Assembly (NCBI GenBank): GCA_964553695.1
Contig: CAZKLR010000001.1
Location: 1-36,395 of the forward strand
DNA length: 36,395 bases
Reading direction: 5' to 3'
DNA from: an uncultured Candidatus Saccharibacteria bacterium
GTDB taxonomy: Bacteria; Patescibacteriota; Minisyncoccia; JAHIHE01; JAGLIN01
Made by a program: the position numbers and the translations under genes. The notes beneath the pieces were generated by a model. It was not told the origin of the DNA. It worked only from the letters and a program-made list of their open reading frames with translations, and made no database searches. Positions 15,656-24,372 of the stretch are shown here, piece after piece. How positions within the stretch are numbered: position 1 is the first letter of the stretch; each line of letters begins with the position of its first letter.

Positions 15656-16410
15656 ATCTTCTTATCTAGTTTATTAAGTTCTTTCAGAAATTTATTTCTG
15701 GTTTTTGCGGCATAAGGATTCAAGGTTTGCATATCAAGGAAAAGCTGCTCGGGATCATCTTTGACTTCCAAAATGATGTCTTTGAGTCGTTTGGCCGAAG
15801 GTGTGGTGAAAGCAAAGCCTTCAAGAGGTATGGTTTGGGCGGCTGCTCTTGAAAAGAAATGAGTCAGTGATTGTGTGTAGGCCATTATTTCGTCATGTTT
15901 TTTCGCCGATACTTCTTTTATATCAAGTCCCATATGCTTGAAAATTGATTTTATTTCTTGGTAACTTTTCTTTTTTATTCTTTCAGGGCATAGGACAATT
16001 TGAAGATCTTTGATTCCTTTTTTTCCGCTTTGCGGACCGAAAAGCGGGTGAGTACCAAGAATCTGCGCGTCTTTCGGGAGTATTTTTTTCATTTCTTTCA
16101 AAGGAAAAACTTTTACCGAACAGACATCAAAAACTATACAGTTTTTTTTGATTTTGCTGCGGATATCATTTAATACGCTTGTAATCTCTGAAATAGGCAT
16201 AGAGAGCATTATGATGTCTTGCTGGCAAACTTCTTCCATTGAAGAATAAGTGACCCCCAGCCTTTTTGCCGTTTCACTTTTATTGCTTTTGCTGGTAATA
16301 TAAATTTCCGAGAAAAAAGGTTTAAGATGCGGAATAAAAAACTCAGCAAATTGTCCTATTCCGATGATGCCTAAAGTTTTTTTATTGCCTTTTGTTGTAT
16401 TATTTGTCAT
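15640..16410 (-). CDS. tyrA: prephenate/arogenate dehydrogenase
   Basis: 256 aa. N-terminal Rossmann motif LGIIGIGQFAEFF, then DVCSVK and GTHPLFGP motifs. It overlaps the pheA start by 16 nt. Confidence 0.75.
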   Translation of the reverse strand: MTNNTTKGNKKTLGIIGIGQFAEFFIPHLKPFFSEIYITSKSNKSETAKRLGVTYSSMEEVCQQDIIMLSMPISEITSVLNDIRSKIKKNCIVFDVCSVKVFPLKEMKKILPKDAQILGTHPLFGPQSGKKGIKDLQIVLCPERIKKKSYQEIKSIFKHMGLDIKEVSAKKHDEIMAYTQSLTHFFSRAAAQTIPLEGFAFTTPSAKRLKDIILEVKDDPEQLFLDMQTLNPYAAKTRNKFLKELNKLDKKICKKK

Positions 16411-16585
16411 TCTTTTGATTCTTAAAGAAGAAAATTGCCATTATTAGCCAGAAGCCGCAAATAATAATCGTTATAATTAGGTCTGCCGGTTTGGAAAAGT
16501 CTGGCGGGGTGGAAATAAATAAAGCCAAGAGCAGTATAAACCAAATTGCTTCTAGAAGATAATATGACTTTGATATTTTTTTCAT
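16400..16585 (-). CDS. small hypothetical 2-TM membrane protein
   Basis: 61-aa ORF with two hydrophobic helices. It overlaps the tyrA start by 11 nt. Confidence 0.35.
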   Translation of the reverse strand: MKKISKSYYLLEAIWFILLLALFISTPPDFSKPADLIITIIICGFWLIMAIFFFKNQKNDK

Positions 16586-16621
16586 ATTCTATTTTTATAA
16601 TAAAGTGACTGGAAATTGTGT

Positions 16622-18841
16622 TTAATCTTCCTTTTCATGTTTACATTCTTTGTTTGAGCAGACTACTTTACCTTTGGCGGCGAATACCATAAGGCTGCTG
16701 CACTCCGGACATTTTTCGCCAGTTGGTTTTTGCCACATTGCAAACTTGCATTCCGGATAATTATTACAGCCGTAGAAAGCGCGTCCCGCCTTGGATTTTT
16801 TTTCAACAATATCGCCCTTGCCGCATTCCGGACATTTGGCTCCGGTAGGTTTTGCCATAGATTTAATGTTCTTGCATTCCGGATAGCCTGAGCAGCCGAG
16901 GAATGCTCCGAAGCGTCCGCGTTTTACAACCATCGGTTTGCCGCATTTTTCACAGACTTCGCCTGAGAATTCTTCTATTAACTTCTTTTCTTCACCCATT
17001 GGTCTTGTGGTTTTGCAGGTTGGATAATTGCTACAGGCCATAAACTTGCCAAAACGTCCCAATTTGATGACCATCGGCGAGCCGCATTTTTCACATTTCT
17101 CATCCGTCTTTTCTTCGGTTATAGCTTTTTTATCAATCTCTTTTTCTTTGAGGTTAAGATTGTCCATAAACGGGTCATAGAAATCTTCCATCAGCTTGCG
17201 CCATTCGCATTCTCCTTCAGCTACTTTATCCAAATCCTCTTCCATTTTAGCCGTAAATTCTATATCAACAATGTCTGGAAAATGTTCGACCAAGAAGTCG
17301 TTGACAATGAAGCCTATTTCTTCCGGCATAAATCTTTTTTCTTCTTTTTTAACATAGCCTCGTTCTTGGATAGTTGAAATAATTGGGGCATAAGTAGAAG
17401 GTCTTCCTATACCGAATTCTTCCAAGGCTTTGACCAGACTGGCTTCATTGTATCTTGCCGGAGGTTGAGTAAAATGCTGTTCAGCAAGCACTTTGAGAAG
17501 ATCAAGCTCTTCCTTCTCTTTGAGTTCCGGAAAGATAGTCTCTTCACTTTTTATTGGGTAAACGCGCAAAAATCCGTCGAATTTTAGCGTTGAACCGCTG
17601 GAACGGAGCGTATATTTCCCAGCCTTAATTTCTATAGTCGTGAGATCGCTAACTGCTGGAGTCATTTGAGAGGCGAGCATACGCTGCCAAATAAGTGTAT
17701 AGAGCTTATATTGTTTAGGATCAAGATATTCTTTGATACTCTCCGGGGTTCGTGAAGGATCGGTTGGCCGGATTGCTTCATGAGCCTCCTGCGCGCCTTT
17801 GCTTTTGGTCTTAAAATGTCTTTCTTCGGCATATTCCGGGCCAAAGTGGTTGGTAATATAATTCTTGGCCGTATCCAGAGATTCGCGGCTTAAATTTAAT
17901 GAGTCGGTACGCATATAGGTAATAAGACCGACAGCACCGCCTTTGCCAAGCTGAATTCCTTCGTAGAGCTGCTGTGCGATCATCATAGTTTGTTTAGCGC
18001 TATAACCCAGACGATTGCCTGCGGCCTGCTGAAGCGTGCTGGTGGTGAAAGGCGGAAGGGGATTCTTTTTAGTTTCTTTCTTTTCGATTTTTTCTATTAC
18101 GTATTTTTCTTTCTCCAGGTCCTCTTTGATCTTGTCAGCTTCATCTTTAGTCTTAATATCGAGTTTTTTCAGAGATTTATTTTCGATTTTGACTAGCTTG
18201 GCCAGAAAATTCTCCTTGCTATCTTTTTTTGCAAGGTCGGTATTTATTTCCCAATATTCATCCGGTTTAAATTTCTGAATTTCTCGTTCGCGTTCTACGA
18301 TAAGTCTCACTGCAACAGACTGGACTCTTCCGGCAGACAGACCGTAACGAATTTTTTTCCACAAAAAAGGTGAAAGTTTATACCCCACAAGACGGTCTAA
18401 AATTCTTCGCGCTTGTTGAGCATCTACTAAATTGAGATCCAGTTGGCGCGGATGTTTAAGCGCTTCCAAAATGGCTCCTTTGGTAATTTCATGGAATACT
18501 ATGCGGCTGTACCCTTTTTTGGTCTTACTGTTTCCGGTAAGATCAAGTCCAAGGATTTGCGCCAAGTGCCAGGAAATTGCTTCTCCTTCGCGGTCTTCAT
18601 CGCTTGCAAGAATAACTTCGTCGGAATCTTTGGCAATTTTTTTAAGCTCCGAGGCGATTTTTTTGGATTTCGGACTTATGACATATTCCGGTTCAAAGTC
18701 ATTTTCAACATCCACTCCCAGTTTGCTTTTAGGGAGGTCGCGCAGATGGCCAAAGGAAGATTTAACGGTATAGTTTTTATCTAGAAATTTGGAAATGGTT
18801 TTCGCTTTGGTGGGCGATTCCACAATGATAAGTTTTTTCAT
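16622..18841 (-). CDS. topA: DNA topoisomerase I
   Basis: 739 aa. Toprim N-terminus MKKLIIVESPTKAKTISKFL, then DEDREGEAISWH, and the active-site region GLITYMRTDS. Four C-terminal C4 zinc ribbons (CxxC..CxxC) are present. Confidence 0.95.
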   Translation of the reverse strand: MKKLIIVESPTKAKTISKFLDKNYTVKSSFGHLRDLPKSKLGVDVENDFEPEYVISPKSKKIASELKKIAKDSDEVILASDEDREGEAISWHLAQILGLDLTGNSKTKKGYSRIVFHEITKGAILEALKHPRQLDLNLVDAQQARRILDRLVGYKLSPFLWKKIRYGLSAGRVQSVAVRLIVEREREIQKFKPDEYWEINTDLAKKDSKENFLAKLVKIENKSLKKLDIKTKDEADKIKEDLEKEKYVIEKIEKKETKKNPLPPFTTSTLQQAAGNRLGYSAKQTMMIAQQLYEGIQLGKGGAVGLITYMRTDSLNLSRESLDTAKNYITNHFGPEYAEERHFKTKSKGAQEAHEAIRPTDPSRTPESIKEYLDPKQYKLYTLIWQRMLASQMTPAVSDLTTIEIKAGKYTLRSSGSTLKFDGFLRVYPIKSEETIFPELKEKEELDLLKVLAEQHFTQPPARYNEASLVKALEEFGIGRPSTYAPIISTIQERGYVKKEEKRFMPEEIGFIVNDFLVEHFPDIVDIEFTAKMEEDLDKVAEGECEWRKLMEDFYDPFMDNLNLKEKEIDKKAITEEKTDEKCEKCGSPMVIKLGRFGKFMACSNYPTCKTTRPMGEEKKLIEEFSGEVCEKCGKPMVVKRGRFGAFLGCSGYPECKNIKSMAKPTGAKCPECGKGDIVEKKSKAGRAFYGCNNYPECKFAMWQKPTGEKCPECSSLMVFAAKGKVVCSNKECKHEKED

Positions 18842-19041
18842 ATAAGTATTGATTAACGAAAAATATTTGCATAGAGCGCATATTTTACAATATAAACAAA
18901 GAAAAATAAAACGTTTTGGCGATTTTGGAAAAATTTTTTGCCTATTTTTATGATTTTTTCTAACAACTTTTACTTTACATTTTTAAGTTTATAATGTCAA
19001 ACCAAATCTTTCTCCTTATATTTTATTAATTTTTTAAGTAT

Positions 19042-19069
19042 TTGACATAAACCAATGTTGTGATAATGT
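19042..19069 (+). promoter_or_regulatory. sigma70-like promoter with extended -10
   Basis: TTGACA (19042-19047), 16-nt spacer ending in TGA, then TAATGT (19064-19069). Confidence 0.35.
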
Positions 19070-19094
19070 TTAGTGGCAGATTGGGGAATAAAAT

Positions 19095-19259
19095 ATGCAC
19101 ATTTCAATTGGAATTCTTTTGTTCCTTTTGGTAGCATCTACTATTGCTGCCTGTATGGCTATAGAAAGAATAACATGGGAAAATAAACCAGAAACAGATC
19201 AAAAGGAGGAAGCTGATTATTGGTTTTTAATGAAAGACTGGAGTTTGAAACCGTATTGA
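19095..19259 (+). CDS. small hypothetical membrane protein (54 aa)
   Basis: ATG 19095 to TGA 19259: MHISIGILLFLLVASTIAACMAIERITWENKPETDQKEEADYWFLMKDWSLKPY. It is flanked by a promoter-like site and a terminator hairpin. It is below the ORF-track length cutoff. Confidence 0.35.
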   Translation: MHISIGILLFLLVASTIAACMAIERITWENKPETDQKEEADYWFLMKDWSLKPY

Positions 19260-19277
19260 TAAACAGGTAAGTGAATT

Positions 19278-19310
19278 GTCGGATAGATTTTCTATTCGAC
19301 CTATTTTTTT
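19278..19310 (+). terminator. rho-independent terminator
   Basis: GTCGGATAGA (19278-19287) / TCTATTCGAC (19291-19300) with one G-U pair, followed by CTATTTTTTT. It overlaps the dprA stop codon. Confidence 0.5.
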
Positions 19311-20392
19311 ATATATCTCATTCCGCCAATGTCGCGGATCATTCCTTTCATTTCCATTAATGTAAGCAGTGATGAAAGCGATGCGGTTTTAATGCCGGTT
19401 AAAGCGGAAAGTTTGTCAACGTGAATTGAATTGTCGGCGGAAAGATTTTTCAAAATAATTTCCTCTTCCGGATTTTCAGGGAGAATTTCTTTAGCGGATT
19501 TAAAGGCAGGGTCAAGATTGAGATTAAATTCTTCAAGGATGTCGCTGATTTTGCATGCGGCTTTGGCTCCCATTTTTATAAGATTATTGGTGCCTTCTGA
19601 ATTTTTGGAATAAATGCTTCCGGGAACGGCAAACACTTCGCGGTTTTGCTCCAAGGCAAAACGGGCAGTAATAAGCGAACCGGAAGTTGCTGAAGCTTCA
19701 ATTACTACAATACCTCGGGAAATGCCGCTTACAATCCGGTTGCGTGCTGGAAAATTTTGTTTGAGGGGCGGCGTACCAACAGGGAATTCGCTGATAACGC
19801 ATCCGCAGTTTGCAATTTCATGGGCGATTTGGCGATTGGCGGAAGGATAAATACTTTTCTCGTCGAGACCGCTGCCCAAGACTGCAATAGTGCGGTTTTT
19901 TAATTTCAGACACTCGCGGTGGGTGATAGTGTCAACTCCGTATGCCATACCGCTCACAAGAGTCATACCACTTTTTGAAAGTGCGCGGGCAAAATCTTCA
20001 GTTGCGCGCTTGCCATAATCAGAGAGTTTTCGAGAGCCGACAAGACCTAGATAAAATTCGTCGGGCAATATATTTCCACGAGCATAGAGAAGAGCTGGCG
20101 CGGAAGAAATCTCCGTTAGACTTTTTGGATATTCTTTTTCTTCCGGCGTGATGATTTTAATATGTTCTTTTTCTAATTTTGCAAATTCAATATCAGGATC
20201 AATGTTTTTTCTTGCGGTTAAAATATTTTCTGCAATCTTTTCTTCTCCAAGCGCTTCTTTGAGTTCGGAAAAATTTGCCTGCCAAGCGGTTTGCATTGAA
20301 GGAAAATATATCTGCAGCTTTTTTATTCTTCGCGGGCCGATTTGGGGCAACAAATTAAAGGCATTTAAATATTTTTTTTCAAGACTTGACAT
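19301..20392 (-). CDS. dprA: DNA-processing protein DprA (Smf)
   Basis: 363 aa. Rossmann-like core: GLVGSRKLSDYGKRATEDFARALSKSGMTLVSGMAYGVDTITHRECL..TIAVLGSGLD..YP..N..IA..I...G.VISEFPVGTPP...NFPARNRIVSG. C-terminal wHTH. Confidence 0.9.
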   Translation of the reverse strand: MSSLEKKYLNAFNLLPQIGPRRIKKLQIYFPSMQTAWQANFSELKEALGEEKIAENILTARKNIDPDIEFAKLEKEHIKIITPEEKEYPKSLTEISSAPALLYARGNILPDEFYLGLVGSRKLSDYGKRATEDFARALSKSGMTLVSGMAYGVDTITHRECLKLKNRTIAVLGSGLDEKSIYPSANRQIAHEIANCGCVISEFPVGTPPLKQNFPARNRIVSGISRGIVVIEASATSGSLITARFALEQNREVFAVPGSIYSKNSEGTNNLIKMGAKAACKISDILEEFNLNLDPAFKSAKEILPENPEEEIILKNLSADNSIHVDKLSALTGIKTASLSSLLTLMEMKGMIRDIGGMRYIKK

Positions 20393-20475
20393 GTAAGAAA
20401 AGGTATGATAATATACAAAGTTAGTTGGAGGCTATAAGGATTTGTAGTATACCAACTGATTTTTTAACCCAAAAA

Positions 20476-20610
20476 CTATTGTATACTACCCTGTATATGA
20501 GTGCGGAGATAAAAGCCATCCCTCCTAGGTCTTTTATACCAGCTGCAAAATCAAGACAATTTTTCTAGTAAAATTTGTTTTATGCTCATATACAGGGTAG
20601 TAAACGATAG
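20476..20610. repeat. 135-nt element closed by a 26-bp inverted repeat (candidate structured ncRNA or MITE-like element)
   Basis: CTATTGTATACTACCCTGTATATGAG (20476-20501) is the reverse complement of CTCATATACAGGGTAGTAAACGATAG (20585-20610). The inner 18 bp are perfect; the outer part has one U-G (on the + strand) and one A-A. Interior helices: ATAAAA/TTTTAT and CTAGGTCTT/AAGAC..CTAG. Confidence 0.6.
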
Positions 20611-20620
20611 TAAATATAAT

Positions 20621-20649
20621 AAAAAGAGCTTATAAAATAAGCTCTTTTT
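20621..20649 (-). terminator. terminator hairpin at the 3' end of pth
   Basis: Perfect 13-bp stem AAAAAGAGCTTAT (20621-20633) / ATAAGCTCTTTTT (20637-20649). It overlaps the last pth codons. There is a U-run on both strands. Confidence 0.55.
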
Positions 20650-21163
20650 GTATAATTTCAGGCACATTTATTAGAATTGCTTCCAATTTTTCTGTTTCGT
20701 TGGCATTAAAATTACCAAGTACAAATTTTTCAGTCGGAATGTTTTGGTTTTTTGCACCTATGCCGATTCTTATTCTAGTGAAGTCTTTTGTGCTTAATGC
20801 GTCTATGATAGACTGAACTCCTTTGTGTCCGGCCGAACTTCTTCCAAATCCCAGCTTGAAATTTCCAAGTTCGAGATCCAATTCATCATGAATGACAATC
20901 AGGTCAGCTGGCTCAATTTTGTAAAAGCTCATAACTTTTTGCACGGCGCGTCCTGAGGCATTCATATAAGTTTGCGGTTTTATGAGAATTATTTTTTCAT
21001 CTGCGATTTCTCCTTTTGATAATTCCGCTTCAAATTTTTCTTCCAGGGTAAAGTTGTCAAAGTTATAATAGTTGGCAATTTTATCGAGTGCCATAAAACC
21101 GACATTATGTCTGGTTTTTTCATATTCTTTTCCAATGTTTCCAAGTCCAACTATGGCTTTCAT
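20630..21163 (-). CDS. pth: peptidyl-tRNA hydrolase
   Basis: 177 aa. Motifs: IVGLGNIGKEYEKTRHNVGF, PQTYMNASG, IHDELDL..G..K...G.S.AGHKG..SI. Confidence 0.9.
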   Translation of the reverse strand: MKAIVGLGNIGKEYEKTRHNVGFMALDKIANYYNFDNFTLEEKFEAELSKGEIADEKIILIKPQTYMNASGRAVQKVMSFYKIEPADLIVIHDELDLELGNFKLGFGRSSAGHKGVQSIIDALSTKDFTRIRIGIGAKNQNIPTEKFVLGNFNANETEKLEAILINVPEIIQKELIL

Positions 21164-21214
21164 ATTTATACGGAAGTTATTTTATATTTTGATTATAGTA
21201 CTTTTTTAAAAATA

Positions 21215-22516
21215 TCAAAACCCCTTGCCAAGAACAATCGTAAAGTCGGCGCGGGAATCGATATTTTCTCTTGCCTCTGCCTTGGCGGCGAATTTGTCGA
21301 TAAGGAACTGCAGAGTTTCCGGTTTTTGGTTTGTGGCGGGATAATATATACCAACTCCGCCAAATTCCGGTGCATCAATGTTTGTAGAATTTATAATTCT
21401 GAACCCCATATTTTCCATATCTTTGGCGATTTTATTGGCGATGTCAGGTGATCCGGTGCCATTTTGAATTGCAATAAGTGCATTTTCTGCTTTTATTGCT
21501 TCCTTTTTATTCTCGGGGATTTGCAGATCAAAAAGATTTTTTGCTACATCATTTTTTATTGTCTGATAATCTCCGGTTAGAGTATATCCCAAGCCTACGT
21601 TTATTTTTTGCAAATATTTTTTTGTATCTACGGTTTGGGCGGTAAAATTATGGTTTTTGATTTCTTTGACGACGGAATAAAATCGGGGAATCTCTCGCAT
21701 TTCAATATCAGTTTTGAGATTGGACGAAAGAGCTGACAAAATATCCGAAAAAGCTTTTATATCAGCATTGGAATATTTTTCATAAATTTTTTGGCGAAAT
21801 GCTTTAATAATCTCTTGCTGACGCTTGATACGGTCGAAATCTCCCATAGTGCTATGGCGGGAACGCGCTACCTTGAGAGCCGTAGCTCCGTCCAGATGGT
21901 GCCAGCCTTTTTTTATATAGAAAGGGTCGTATCCATAGCCCGAGTCAGGGTAAGCGGCATCGTTGATATCGTTTTCCAAATATACATCAATTCCGTCAAC
22001 AGAATCGATAATTTTGGTGAAACCTGCGAAATCAAGCTGAACATAATAATCAATGTGCAGTCCCGAAACCTCTTCAACTGTTTGTTCTAGAAGTTCGATG
22101 CCGTTTTTTTGTGCGGTTTTGTCCCCTAAGGCTTTAACAGCGTTAATTTTGCTTTTGATATTTGTGTTGGTAACCTCGACATAGAGATCGCGAGGGATAG
22201 AAAGTAGCGCAGCTTCGTGGGTTTGAGGCTTGAGGCTGGCAACCATAATAGTGTCAGTAAGTTGTCCGCCACTGTGCCCTTCGCCGCCGATGCCAAGAAG
22301 TAGAATATTTATTTGCCCGTTTTCTTCTCCTTGCAATTTTTCGCTGGGATTTATAATCATATCACTGAACTGTTTGACTATGGAAGTTTTTTTCTCTTCG
22401 TTTTGGGAAAAAATATTGTCGCTGGCTGATAGAAATTCGTAAAAAAAGGCAGATGCAAAAATTGCCACAGCCAAAAAAATAAATGCGAAAAATTTTAGTA
22501 TTGTTTTTTTCTGCAT
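21215..22516 (-). CDS. LCP (LytR-CpsA-Psr) family cell-envelope phosphotransferase with LytR_C domain
   Basis: 433 aa. N-terminal TM segment, then INILLLGIGGEGHSGGQLTDTIMVASL, SIPRDLYV, ARSRHS..GDFDR..RQQ, and a C-terminal LytR_C-like domain. Confidence 0.85.
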   Translation of the reverse strand: MQKKTILKFFAFIFLAVAIFASAFFYEFLSASDNIFSQNEEKKTSIVKQFSDMIINPSEKLQGEENGQINILLLGIGGEGHSGGQLTDTIMVASLKPQTHEAALLSIPRDLYVEVTNTNIKSKINAVKALGDKTAQKNGIELLEQTVEEVSGLHIDYYVQLDFAGFTKIIDSVDGIDVYLENDINDAAYPDSGYGYDPFYIKKGWHHLDGATALKVARSRHSTMGDFDRIKRQQEIIKAFRQKIYEKYSNADIKAFSDILSALSSNLKTDIEMREIPRFYSVVKEIKNHNFTAQTVDTKKYLQKINVGLGYTLTGDYQTIKNDVAKNLFDLQIPENKKEAIKAENALIAIQNGTGSPDIANKIAKDMENMGFRIINSTNIDAPEFGGVGIYYPATNQKPETLQFLIDKFAAKAEARENIDSRADFTIVLGKGF

Positions 22517-22650
22517 ATCTATGAAAACTTTGTAAAGATAATTCTATTTTATAACATTTGTAAAATAGTGTCGAATTTGACTTATGGACAATTTTGTGTC
22601 ATGTTTACAATAATATCATCTTTGTAGTGGGAGATGATGGGGGAAGTTCC

Positions 22651-22929
22651 GTGAACGAAAATAAAGATATTTCTGAAGAAAGCTTAGCAAAATCAGCGAA
22701 ATAGCTTTTTAAAAAGCCAAATGCTTGGATAATTCCATGCCAACTCGAAGAAAGAGAATGCCAAATTAAGGGTTGTTTAGATAAACAAGAAGATATATGT
22801 CTCTATCTTCTATCTGGAGCAATTCCTATAATTATAGCCATTCCTATGTGCGGGAAACATTGGAATATCTATAACGGAACCAATATTGATACTTCCAAGG
22901 GAGAATGTTTTCCCGAGGAATTGAAATAA
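22651..22929 (+). pseudogene. open frame interrupted by an in-frame TAG (possible pseudogene of a small Cys-rich membrane protein)
   Basis: GTG 22651 (alternative starts TTG 22594, GTG 22627) reads VNENKDISEESLAKSAK, then TAG (22702-22704). A further 74 sense codons follow in the same frame: LFKKPNAWIIPCQLEERECQIKGCLDKQEDICLYLLSGAIPIIIAIPMCGKHWNIYNGTNIDTSKGECFPEELK*. A terminator follows. Confidence 0.3.
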
Positions 22930-22946
22930 AATAAAAAATGATTTTT

Positions 22947-22980
22947 AGCAGAGGTGTTTTTGACACAACTCTGCTTTTTA
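22947..22980 (+). terminator. rho-independent terminator
   Basis: AGCAGAG (22947-22953) / CTCTGCT (22969-22975), followed by TTTTTA. Confidence 0.55.
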
Positions 22981-23116
22981 TATATAGTTTTAATCGGGTT
23001 GTTTTGTTTGATTTTTGCGCAAAATTCTTCATTAAAATACGTTTGACTTGCCTGTCCAAAAGTTATATCATAAGCTCATAAAAGCTAAAAGCTTATAATA
23101 AAAATAACTCAATATA

Positions 23117-23803
23117 ATGGAAATAGAAAAAGAAAATTTAGAAAATGAAAATGTTGAATTGACAGAAAAGCCGGAAGAAGCAGCAGCTGCAAGCGTCGAA
23201 CAAATGAAAGAAGCCGATCAAAGCGACAAGCTTATGAATAAAGTAAAATCTTTTTTGGATTTATCCTTCGAAACTATCCGCGTTATTATCGTAAGTTTGA
23301 TTATTATTTTTGTTGTCAGGTCTTTTGTAATCCAACCTTTTTTTGTTAAAGGCTCAAGTATGGAGCCGAATTTCGAAGATGGTGATTATCTGATTGTTGA
23401 CGAGATAAGCTATCGATTTGAAGAGCCGAAAAGGGGTGACGTGATTATTTTCCGCTATCCTAATAATCCAAGTGAATTTTTTATCAAGAGAATTATCGGA
23501 CTGCCAGGGGAAACTGTGGAAATAAAAGACAACAAGATTTCTATTTACAGTTCCGCACATCCGGAAGGCATCGCCTTGAACGAAAGTGAATATCTTGATA
23601 ATGCAGTGGTAACTTCGGGCAACATATATCAGCAGCTTGGCGAAGATGAATATTATGTTTTGGGCGACAATAGGGTTGCAAGCTCGGATTCCAGAAGATG
23701 GGGGATTTTGAATAAGCGATATGTAATTGGCAAGGCTTGGCTTCGGGCATGGCCGTTCGATGATTTTAAAATCTTTGAATCTCAAAATTATCAAACTAAT
23801 TAA
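23117..23803 (+). CDS. lepB: signal peptidase I
   Basis: 228 aa. TM anchor, catalytic Ser box GSSMEPNF, GDVIIFRYP, Lys box FIKRIIGLPGE, and GDNRVASSDSRRWG. Confidence 0.9.
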   Translation: MEIEKENLENENVELTEKPEEAAAASVEQMKEADQSDKLMNKVKSFLDLSFETIRVIIVSLIIIFVVRSFVIQPFFVKGSSMEPNFEDGDYLIVDEISYRFEEPKRGDVIIFRYPNNPSEFFIKRIIGLPGETVEIKDNKISIYSSAHPEGIALNESEYLDNAVVTSGNIYQQLGEDEYYVLGDNRVASSDSRRWGILNKRYVIGKAWLRAWPFDDFKIFESQNYQTN

Positions 23804-23821
23804 TTCTAATTTATTTAGGAG

Positions 23822-24358
23822 ATGAATATAATCGCAGTTTGCGGAAGCCCAAGACGCGGCAATACCGAGTTTGTTCTTAGAAGATTCCTAACCAAGGCCG
23901 AAGAATTGGGACATAAAACCGAATTGATTCTGTTGCGGGAAAAAAGAATCGAACATTGTTCAGGATGTCTTTCCTGTGATGATGACGGCGTATGTCCAAT
24001 AATAGATGATGTGAAGATTATCACTGAAAGATTGGCGGCAAATGATCTGATTGTTTTTGGAAGTCCAAATTATTTTAATAATGTTACGGGATTGATGAAA
24101 GATTTTTTTGACCGAACAAATACGCTTTATAAAAACAAACTTTTGGAAGGCAAAAAAATGCTTAGCGTTTGTGTCGGAGGATCGAAGAATGAATCTTATC
24201 CTGCCAAGTTTTGTGCAGTCATGGAATCTTTGGCCGATTTGCATAAAATGATTTTTGTCGGGGATTTTTATTTAGTTGCGCGAGATGCCAATGAGATTGA
24301 AAATAATCCTGAAAGTATTCAAAAAATAGATGAATTTACAAAAAATATTTTAAGTTAA
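23822..24358 (+). CDS. NADPH-dependent FMN reductase-fold / iron-sulfur flavoprotein (Isf-like)
   Basis: 178 aa. MNIIAVCGSPRRGNT flavodoxin-like N-terminus plus the compact Cys cluster CSGCLSCDDDGVC. Confidence 0.7.
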   Translation: MNIIAVCGSPRRGNTEFVLRRFLTKAEELGHKTELILLREKRIEHCSGCLSCDDDGVCPIIDDVKIITERLAANDLIVFGSPNYFNNVTGLMKDFFDRTNTLYKNKLLEGKKMLSVCVGGSKNESYPAKFCAVMESLADLHKMIFVGDFYLVARDANEIENNPESIQKIDEFTKNILS

Positions 24359-24372
24359 TTATTGAAACTATT

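Noticed and set aside
22844-23059. 71-aa minus-strand ORF in the LCP-lepB intergenic region.
   Set aside because: The sequence is basic and low-complexity with no SD. It overlaps the + strand open frame and its terminator, so it is likely spurious.
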